A stretch of 64,000 bases of DNA from Octopus sinensis. Its lineage: Eukaryota. This document shows positions 53,442 to 64,000 of this stretch, one piece after another. Position numbers and translations under genes: made by a program. The notes below the pieces were generated by a model. That model was not told where the DNA came from. It saw only the letters and a program-made list of their open reading frames with translations, and did no database searches. The stretch spans positions 11,780,001 through 11,844,000 of the forward strand of contig NC_042997.1 in the NCBI RefSeq assembly GCF_006345805.1, read 5' to 3'. Every line of letters starts with the position of its first letter. Within the stretch, counting starts at the first letter, position 1.

Positions 53442-53532
53442 ATATATATATATGTATATATATATATGTATATATGTATATATATATATGTATATATGCA
53501 TATATATATATGTATATGCATATATACATATA

Positions 53533-53860
53533 CTCTTTTACTTGTTTCAGTCATCTGACTGCGGCCATGCTGGAGCACCGCCTTTAATCGAGCAACTCGA
53601 CCCCGAGACTTATTCTTTTGTAAGCCCAGTACTTATTCTATCGGTCTCTTTTGCCGAACCGCTAAGTAACGGGGACATAAACACACCAGCATCGGTTGTC
53701 AAGCAATGCTAGGGGGACAAACACAGACACACAAACACACACACGCTTATATATATACATATATACGACGGGCTTCTTTCAGTTTCCGTCTACCGAATCC
53801 ACTCACAAGGCTTTGGTCGGCCCGAGGCTATAGTAGAAGACACTTGCCCAAGGTGCCACG
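53533..53860 (-). mobile_element. SINE family B, young, 5'-truncated
   Basis: Close reverse complement of 13185-13525. Confidence 0.92.
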
Positions 53861-54134
53861 CATATATATATATAATAACTATCAGGGTAGGAACAGTTTT
53901 AGAAATTTTTACTACTAGTGGCCTACGATGTACGAAACTAGTGTATAGGCTATATATTTTTCATATAAATGCAGTCTACATTTAAACACATAAGAGATGA
54001 CCATCACAGCACACCTTACTCGCTAGAAGGAGTAGCCAAAATCCAAACCACTATTAGGGATAAATTTCGAAGGGAATGAAAACTAATAACATTTACCATC
54101 TCTCTCCTGGACCATGATTTCGAACTCTAAATTA

Positions 54135-54420
54135 GCTCGTCGTATATATATATATATACATATATATATTATATATGTGTGTGTTTGTATTTACGTGTAT
54201 GTCTATGTGTCTGTATTTGTCGCCCTCTCCATCGCTTGACAACCATGTTGGTGTGTTTACGTACCCACAACCTAGCGGTTCAGCAAAAGAGATCCGATAG
54301 AATAAGTACCGAGCTTACAAAGATAAAGTCTTGGGTCGATTTGTTCGGCTACAAGGCGGTGCTCCAGCATGGTCACAGTCTAATGACTGAAATAAGCAAC
54401 ATAATTAAAGAATAAAAGAA
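54135..54420 (+). mobile_element. SINE family B, 3' half
   Basis: gcttgacaacc..gcggttcagcaaaagaga..aaggcggtgctccagcatgg. Confidence 0.85.
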
Positions 54421-56214
54421 TATCGTGTGATGTCTTAACCTCACTTTTTCGCATGAAAATGACATTTCAAATCAGCCATTTTTTTTATTCCTGTTTTATT
54501 CTAAGGAGGTCCTTAGCTACTCTCCGTATATAATCTTATTGCATTTTTATGATCAAATATTATTTAGAATTGCTTAAAAATAACAATAAAATTTGTAAGT
54601 TGTTAAAGTATAACCAATTTATTGTACAAAATTTTAACAAAATCTCATATGGAGCCCGATTGAGAATCATGGATTTTGTGGCTCTCTCTTTGTCAAGTGA
54701 ATTTTCTTTGTCTCGAGTTGCCTCGTCCAAACAATATGCTGAACCTTCTTACCAAAACAAATCTTCCCAGTTATTTAAACAAGATGCAGGTATGACTCCG
54801 TTTAACTGTGACTTGCAAAGCTATATCCACTTTTCTAATATATCTAATGTATATGCATTTATTTAAGAACTCTCACGAACACACACATTAGTTATGAAAA
54901 GAGGCTGAAGTAATATATTATCATGGAAACCTGCTAAATATGAATGATCAGAGATGTATGTAACGTGTCTCTTAATTAATGTAAATCAGTTATATCCCAG
55001 TTAGAATTTGCGCTATTTTAAAGGATGATTATTCTATTTCTTTAACAGGTTCCAATTAATATGACATGCGATTTTCTAAGCTTTTACGCAGGTACGAAAA
55101 TGAGTTGATATTTTAATGTACAAGATAAGCTATATTGCATACATACACACATAATACATGCAATATGACAGGGAGACGCTTGTAAATAAATACGCACGTA
55201 CATTCAAACATACATGCACACATACATTAGTTCAAACAGCTATATATATATATGTGTGTTTATGCATATATACATATATATATATGTGTGTGTGTATATA
55301 TGTATATGGATATATATGTGTGTGTACATATATGCATACACATACACACACACATATATATATGTGTGTTTGTGCATGTATATATTCATGTACATATATA
55401 TATATATATATATATGCACATACATATCTATGTATAGTACATGTAAATACATATTTTATAGCTCAAGCAGACATACACATATGTGTAGAAGCATGTATGA
55501 ATGCATATAATGTATTAAACACAGTAAAGTTATTAGCTTAATTTCGTAGCTGAATAAATGAAAAGATAGAAATTTCGCATGTCATATTGATGGGACATTA
55601 CAAGTCTAAATTAATAACCCTACAAAATATCGCAAACCTAAAAAGGACAATATTCATTTCATACAATTTTAAATAACAGAGAACATAAGTTTTTCAACAC
55701 ATACATTACGACACTTTTCCTTCACTTTCTCAATTTCGTTCTATTACTTGCGAGGGAGTTCAAATGTTAATAAGCATTTCAATACACAGTCTATCACACG
55801 ATCCTCTTTGAGAAGTTTCTCCCTGACGTAATATTATAGCTCGTGTCATTCCATATTTGTATATATGTTATAAATGTTATATGCTGGTATTTTCATCTAA
55901 GGCTGTTCAATGCTTATATTAATAAACATTCATTAGAGCCATGAAACTGGTGCAAATAGCATTTTAGTGCACAGAATTAAACATACTTACAATTCGGAAA
56001 TAGTTAACATGCTGTAATGGTTTCCGTTAAAAATCTATGCATTCTCACACTATTCACAATGTCTTTATTTGTATTTTTATTTAGTAATATGACTCATAAA
56101 GGAGGTTACTCGGCTTCCATGGCGAAGTGTAAGCAAGATCACAATTTTCCCTTGAATAGGACACCGCTCCGTTGTAAGGTTCAATAACAGAAATTTTTGT
56201 GAGGAAGAGAGAAG

Positions 56215-56370
56215 CCGATTTCATCAATCCCGGTACTTGACTGGCGTTTTATATCATCGACTCCGAAGGGATGAAAGATAAAGTCGGCCTCGACTGGATT
56301 TGAACTCAGGACGAAAAGAGTATAAAAAAATGCTGCTATGCATTTTGTCCGATGTTCTCACTAATCTGCC
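56215..56370 (-). mobile_element. SINE family A, degenerate
   Basis: ggtacttgactgg..atcgactccgaagggatgaaagataaagtcggcctcg..gatttgaactcag. Confidence 0.7.
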
Positions 56371-57456
56371 TGCTCTCGATCTTACACAATGTGCTACATC
56401 AACAAATAAAACTCCCAAAACAAAACAAAGATCCCTGTAACATCAACTATCTGTCGTGAGTTACTCATACATTTATACACACATTCATGCTGCTTGATAA
56501 TAATATTAAGGTAAAGTGTATCCTTTCTTGAACTTCTGAGAATGGCAGACAAACCATATACTGAGACAAACCAACCACTCAGACTAGGAGATCAGGAATA
56601 ATTGACTGGATATTGTTGACAGGAATGGACTTCTAAATGAAGTATTAAAGTATTATTTCTGACATGTAATAATGAATCTGTACAAGAAATACACCATTCT
56701 AAAAATCTAAAAATCTAAAAACAGAGATAATCAAAATGTGACGTTTGAAAACAGAAACAATACTTCTAATATAACGTAGTCTGGGGAATGATTACGACAA
56801 ATATATAACCAATACTCACGATTTGCAAATATGCCTAATTTACAGCGTATAGCACTGCTAGGACTGTTCCCAATTGACATACATTTTGCAATACAGTAGA
56901 AAATAGAAAGCTTAAACAAAACACTACACATACTGAAAAGAAATAGAGTATTGAGGTGAAACTATGCAATGAATATGACGACTGGATGTGTAAAATTAAT
57001 GATATCCCACACAAAACAAAATTATTAATTGACAAAAACTTAAAACAAAACAAAACAAAGAAAACTAAAAAAACTAACTGATTGCTGTGACGACTTTTAC
57101 AGGAAGATGAATTTATTTTAGGAATGTGATGTGATTCTTTTTCCGAACGTTTCTTTGCATTTTCTGTAATACGACAAATTGTTGACAGAAGAAAAATAAC
57201 TTTGACAAATAATTAGACCGATACAAAGGGGTTTCGAAAAATAAAGTTAAAAGAAAAGATGAAAAGCGATGACTATATTTTCTTTTCAACTGTTAGCAAA
57301 TTCCCCATTAGTATTTCTAAATGGTTAACTGAAACAAGTGCTATGAAGCGGGGCAAGGAAATATGTTAAATTTCTGAAGAAATTATTTCCAGGTTAAATG
57401 AAAGAGTACATAAAATACTGTATGATTAAATTCAGGATATATATATGTATACAAAT

Positions 57457-57578
<122 letters not shown>

Positions 57579-57911
57579 GGGGAGAGAGATGGAAATATCT
57601 ATCTATCGATCTATTTATCTATCTATCCATCTCTCTGTCTTTAGAGAGATATAAACATATTCATACATATATACATTTTAAAATCTTTTCTTAACAGAGA
57701 AGCTAACCTTGGATATGCTGCAGATGAAAAGGATAACGTGTCAAGTGGCGAATGAACGCAGGAAGATTAACGACCATATAGTAGTGTGAATTACGACATG
57801 GGCATATATGTCATGGCATGAGTTAATGCAGAGACAGGTGTTGGTAAATGCTTCTTGTTTTGTTTTTAGCTCGTTCTAACAGTATCAAATACCTAGAGAG
57901 TGCTAAGTGTT

Positions 57912-58400
57912 ACACATGATTTAGTGATGTGTTAATATTTTCTTACTTAAGGCGGCGAGCTGGAAGAAACGTTAGCACGCCGGGCGAAACACCTAGCAGT
58001 ATTTCGTCTGTCTTTACGTTCTGAGTTCAAATTCCGCCGAGGTCAACTTTGCCTTTCATCCTTTCGGGATCGATAAATTAAGTACCAGTTGCGTACTATG
58101 GTCGATCTAACGACTGGCTCCCTCTATACATGATTTAGTGATGTGTTAATATTTTCTTACTTTTAAGGCGGCGCGCTGGCAGAAACGTTAGCACGCCGGG
58201 TGAAATGCTTAGCGGTATTTCGTCTGTCTTTACGTTCTGACGTTCTGAGTTCAAATTCCGCCGAGATCAACTTTGCTTTTCAACCTTTCGGGGTCGATGA
58301 ATTAAGTACCAGTTGCGTACTGCGGTCGATCTAACGACTGGCCTCCTCCCACAAAATTTCAGGTCTTATGCCTAGTGTAGAAAAGAATATTTCCTTACTT
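57912..58400 (+). mobile_element. Two SINE A copies in a local tandem duplication that includes the 5' flank
   Basis: acatgatttagtgatgtgttaatattttcttactt precedes both copies (~57950, ~58165); aatatttccttactt follows the second. Confidence 0.9.
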
Positions 58401-59399
58401 TCCACCATATTGCAAAAGGTGTAAACATTTAGACTTCTTGGAACCAGAAACAAATGCAAGCAATTCTTTCCATCAGGTGTCTTCGACTAACGAATATCAC
58501 TGCCTCCGTGATGCTCTCTTCTTGGTTGTCACATGGAATATGTAGTGTAAGAAGAAGGGGTCATGATTCTTCGTTCACCCACCTGAATGAATATACGCTC
58601 CTCTGAAATGTCGTTTTTATTCAGATAGTGTCATGGTTTTGCTATACTGGTGTATATCGTCGCCATCGTGAGAGATCATGCCAAGCAATCAATATATATA
58701 CAATGATGACAGAAAAAAGTTCAAAAGCTAGGCGAAGTTGACGATGAATCAACACATACACGCACGTACACGCACGCACACGCACACACATGCAGGAACA
58801 CGCACACACATTACAGTTCTTCATGTCGCATAACGAACATTTCTTTTTTTGTTCTACTTATGTATATTCTGCTTTTCTCTCTGATTTTCCGCGTAATTAA
58901 GAAACTCTTGTAGCTGTCTTTGAGTTACCATATGTATTTCGATAAAGCTGTAGATGTCTGTTTTTGTCGTTATATTCCCTTTATCTCGGTAGGATGCGGT
59001 AGGGCTAACATATCTGTTTTTCTAGTGTTCTTTCATCGTTTCAAAATATATTTTTTGGATGTTCCATTATTATTTTTAAAATTGACTCCCGTGTCCTGTT
59101 CTATGATTTTTTTTTTCAAAAAGTCGTTAAACTGTCATATGTCTATAATTCTGAAAGCACAATTGCGAGCTGTGACTATTATAGGTTTTACTGGCTACAA
59201 TATTTTTAATGACACTTGAATTATTTTCTGCTGATGATAATATTATAACGGTGGCTACTTGAAAATATTTGTCTATCAGTTCTAAATATTAAACAATACA
59301 AAATAAATTATCAATAGTATACAAAAGAAATTATCAATAGCATACAAAAGAAATTATCAATACGTACATATAATTATGAGGCATGTGACTGGTGTTTTG

Positions 59400-59612
59400 A
59401 ATTGGTATAAAATAGGGGCTATAACAAATATTCTGCCCAATACCTCTCATATTTGGTCGTCATTTGTTTGATCTTAACCAGTTTAGCATATCCCTTGGGT
59501 GCTAACGATATGTGCATCTCTGATCACGAGCAGAAGTTGTGGTGGAGCATTATAGACATGTGTTGAGAGTAATTCTTTGGGGGTTGAATAATTCACATCT
59601 GGAAACATGGGC
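59400..59612 (+). mobile_element. Family C, 5' fragment
   Basis: gctataacaaatattctgcccaatacc..tctctgatcacgagcagaag..ggaaacatggg. Confidence 0.8.
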
Positions 59613-60073
59613 TTATACATGTATATGTGTGTATGTGTTCGTGTATGTGGGTGGGTGTATAAGTGTAGGCGTAGATAAAGACTAATATTTTTGTATATTT
59701 AGAATTATTAAGTTCATCTGCACATTTCGAAATATAATTTTATGTATATCATGAATTGTAAATACCTTCTAAATACTAGGATAATAGTTCGGAAAAATGT
59801 AATCTCATTAACACTAAATCTCCACAGATATTTGGGTATTTCATATTTTGTATCCTATTAAAACTTCGATGCAGTTCTTCATGCGGTTTCACTGTGGAAT
59901 AAGCTTTAATAATAATTAGATTAATTATATACAAGTGTACATATACAGTACACACGCATAGACACACACACGCACACACACACACACATATGATATATAT
60001 ATATATATATAATATATAATATATTACATATATAATATATATACATATATAATATATGTATAACATATTATAA

Positions 60074-60119
<46 letters not shown>

Positions 60120-60974
60120 TTATATATAATATATATATATATTACATATATATATATATTTACGTGTATATGTTATATATAATATATATATGTTATATAT
60201 ATATCATATATATATTATATATATAATATAATATATATATATAATATATATATAATATATATAATATAATATAAATATCGTATATAATTTCTTGTGGTTT
60301 TACGTTCAAGGGCAGCCGACTTTGTCTTTGTCGTTATTCCTTCTCTAATTCCCTTTTTCTTCACCCTTTTCTGTCTGTCTCTCTTCCCCCTCTTCTTCTT
60401 TTCTCTCTCCCGTTACTCACATGCGACCATCGTCCATCTTTTTCTCACGTGACCATTTTTCTTTTCCTGCACGGACGTTCAAATAACTGGACGTTTTCTT
60501 TCTCACTGCTGTCTTTTCTCTTTTCAAAGAAAATATTTCTCACAGCGTTCACTATTTTTCTCTCGTTCTGTTCTAACTACCCTCCATGTTTGTTTTCGGT
60601 CTTTTGCTTTGTATGTCTCCACTGTCCTGGTTTGTTCCCAACTTTAACCCTCCATAAATCCTAAATTTTATTTTGGAATTTATGAGAGCAACTGTATTTG
60701 AAAACTCATATTGTCGTGGATGCTCGAAATGAGGAGTAGATAGACAGCCGACAACTGATGAAGGGTTGTTCTCTGTGTTTACTTTTCATGTTTTCTATTT
60801 TTTCCTCTCGTTGCTTGCATATTTAACTCGTTTGTTTTCGTATTTCATGTTGTATACACAACTGGTGTTGTATACATAGCTGGTGACATCCTGTACACAT
60901 ACATGCATATATATATTATTTGTATTATCATTTAGTTGAACGTCACGCACCCATTTCAAGTACGTTTATGTATA

Positions 60975-61034
<60 letters not shown>

Positions 61035-62418
61035 TACATGAGTACGGGACGTCAGCAACTGTGTAAACAACATGAAATACGAAAACATATATATATATCC
61101 GCAGTACTTTTTTGATAACGTTATAGTTGCACGTTCTTTTAACATTATTACATTTTCCATTCTGCCGCTGGAGCCTCTTTCCTGTTGCATCTGTTACCAG
61201 CGTTCTATTAAGAGTTAATATTTCGTTGTTTTTAACGAATATTTCGTTGCTTTTCAGCTAAAGTAAGCAAATCACATACATACATTTTTTTAGATATCGG
61301 TAAATTTCTAATACGAATCTGACCTTCAAAACTGTTTAACTGTACTTCACGACAAATGTATGATGCTTCAGGAGAGACGGGGCTTTAGAAACGACTAATT
61401 TGTGACGTTTTGCACGAAATATATCAACGTAACAATCATTAAAATTCTAAAAATATTTTCAAAAGCATTAAAGATTGCCAGCATGGAAAACAGACTTTAA
61501 ATGATCATGATAACGATTATGATTTCATTACAGGTGGGACAAAGTACGTAACCAATAATGAAATAATACTTATGCAAACATTCCTAAACATAACACCCCC
61601 ATAAAAAAAAAACAGGAGAAACACAATAATTAATAACAATGTACAGTTGTATATTCTATAAGAAATATTCATCCAGGTTCATATGTTTCTTTTATTTTTA
61701 AGTACATTAATATCTTTCATAATAGCAATTTTAGTAAGTTATTTCAAAATTAGAATTTCTGCATTAATATTCTGAGATGGCGAATAAATATCTAACCTGT
61801 GACACAGAGAATAAACAATACAGATTCATTACAACCATTATGAAGATACCAGACTTTTAGAGAATAATTTGTAGGATTTCCCCCCACCCCACCCCCAAAA
61901 AACCTACCTAATGGACTCACTAAAATATCAGGAATTATCTGGGCATTATACAATAATCTAAGAACGCCCATGCATATAACAGGTATAGTAACAATAGACA
62001 CGAAAAATATATTCAGTAATAACTCCTGTATACTTTAATATTGCTAGAATTCCGTACAATACCAGCCAGCTCTGCCTTAAACCATATTTAAAGAGAGAAA
62101 CAAAGTTCTTCAGATACTCTACACATTCCACCCTTCATTGAACACTGTTGCCAACGGCTTACCGTATGCATACATACGCATATGCACAACAGAAATATAT
62201 GATACAATGATAGCAAATCGATGCAAAATATCCTCTCTTAAAAGTAGCGTGTTGGCACTAGTATTTACAATTATATATGTGCACACACACATAATCACAC
62301 ACAAACGCAATCCACACACACACAGAGGCAAACACGTACACACATACAGGAGCACACACATACGCACACACGCGCGCGCACTCGCACATGTATGCATATA
62401 GATATATATGTGTGTGTA

Positions 62419-62449
<31 letters not shown>

Positions 62450-62894
62450 ACACATACTAATTAGTTTCTTGTTCGAGGTGATATTTCAAGCGATAACAAA
62501 CATTTTTGTTGTCCAAAAGAAATAATATCTAATAAGAAATCTGAGTAACAACAGGTGGAAACATTATATTACTCTACAATCTATTATGTTGTACTCTGAT
62601 AATGTACGAATAAACAAAACCATTAGACATTCTCACTTACTAACACCCACTTTTTCCTTCGAGGACAAAATTGGAACATTTTCTTTAGCAAATACATGGT
62701 GATTGCTTATAAGCTTTAAGCTTATAGTATTATTATCATTTAAAGAATTGTCACACGTCACCTCTTCTCCGTTTAACGCAGAAAACGCACGTGTTTGTTT
62801 ATTTAAATCAACACTATTAAATTATAGCTCTTAAAATCAAATAGGAGTGAGTGGGTAGTTTTCTGTAATCGGTTAGCTCACTTATCACGAATGT

Positions 62895-63288
62895 AATACA
62901 CAGAATTGGCATATCGTAAAGGAATCGTGTTCCACCATGACAACGGTAGACCACACTCATCTTTACTAACTCGAGAAAAATTATTGGAGCTTGGTTGGGA
63001 AATGATGTTACATCCACCATATAACCCTGACCTTGCACCATCAGATTGCCATTTATTTCTTTGATTGGTAAGACATTCAATAAGGAGGATGACCTGAAAT
63101 CGCACTCGCTTCCGTTTTTGGCTGATAAGGACCGGAAGTTCTTTGAGCGCGGAATCATGAAGTTGTCAGCAAAAGGTCATCGAACAAAATGAAAAATATA
63201 TAACTGATTAAAGTTTATTGTTTGCATGAAAACAAAAATTTGTTTGTATGAAAAAAACACCCAAAATTACTACTTTCTTGTCAACCCA
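62895..63288 (+). mobile_element. Mariner transposase 3' relic with right TIR
   Basis: KGIVFHHDNGRPHSSLLTREKLLELGWEMMLHPPYNPDLAPSDCHLF; ends actttcttgtcaacccaa|ta. Confidence 0.9.
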
Positions 63289-63354
63289 ATATATATATCT
63301 AAACACTGCTTGGTGCTGATATTGCTGTGTTAGAAATATGTGTGCATATATATA

Positions 63355-63560
63355 TAATTAAGAGAAATAACCTCTATTAAGTAATTTTAATATTAAAAGA
63401 CATTATCCATACCATATATAAAAAAATTTAGATACACTATAATAAATATTATTCAAATAATCACTAAATTAAATAAACATTTGATTAAATTTTTTTCTAT
63501 ATGGCATGGATAATATCTCTCACTATAGAATTACTTAATAGGAGTTATTTCTCTTAATTA
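63355..63560. repeat. ~205-bp imperfect inverted repeat
   Basis: taattaagagaaataac..ttatccataccatata / tatatggcatggataa..gttatttctcttaatta. Confidence 0.85.
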
Positions 63561-63811
63561 TGTACATATATATTATATATTGTAAAATTTCATTTAGAAT
63601 TGCTAAATTGGATTTTTCCCTGTAAGTTTGGAATTATATTCCTTACTATTATTTTGATATAATTATTAGTACACACACACACACACGCACGCACACCACA
63701 CACACACACACACACACCACACACACACACACACAACATATATATATATATCTATATATATATAGATATTTCCTTCCTCCGTCTCCCTCTCTGGATCTTT
63801 CCTTTTCCTAT

Positions 63812-63846
63812 GTTTCTGACGAAGAGCTCTGCTCGAAACGTAAAAC
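63812..63846 (+). ncRNA. Minimal type I hammerhead ribozyme in a short dispersed element (63768-63940)
   Basis: gttt CTGACGA a gagc-tct-gctc GAAA cg TA aaac. Confidence 0.8.
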
Positions 63847-64000
63847 CCTCCTTCTGCCCTTCCTTCCTGAGCGTCCAATAATACTATATTTGTTCCGCTT
63901 CTCGCGTTGTTGTGTTTTCTCTTTGTGTTTTCATGTTTGATATATATATATATACATATGTTTAAGCACTGCTTGGCTCTGATATTACTGTAATATATAT

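Overview
AT-rich, microsatellite-dense eukaryotic DNA. The SINE families and repeat density suggest an octopod cephalopod (inference, not verified). I find no supportable host protein-coding exon, and most ORF-track entries are translated microsatellites. The window is mostly mobile-element remnants: two abundant SINE families plus two rarer ones, mariner/Tc1/Tc2-like/hAT/piggyBac elements and MITEs, CR1-group LINEs, R4/Dong-type (RLE) LINE fragments stacked in (TAA)n arrays, three different Penelope-like (GIY-YIG) relics and a 1.87-kb foldback element. The signal no ORF track shows is a set of type I hammerhead ribozymes (HHR). Four copies sit in a non-coding ~475-bp tandem-plus-inverted array (21274-23216), one in an unrelated 426-bp tandem unit (47891-48490), and minimal HHRs occur at 9078, 52837 (degenerate) and 63812. 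Together they look like several retrozyme/Penelope-type self-cleaving RNA families. Also notable: a SINE and two LINEs share a 3' tail with a covarying hairpin, and a palindrome pivots exactly on a hammerhead stem II. There is one 100-N assembly gap (40498-40597).
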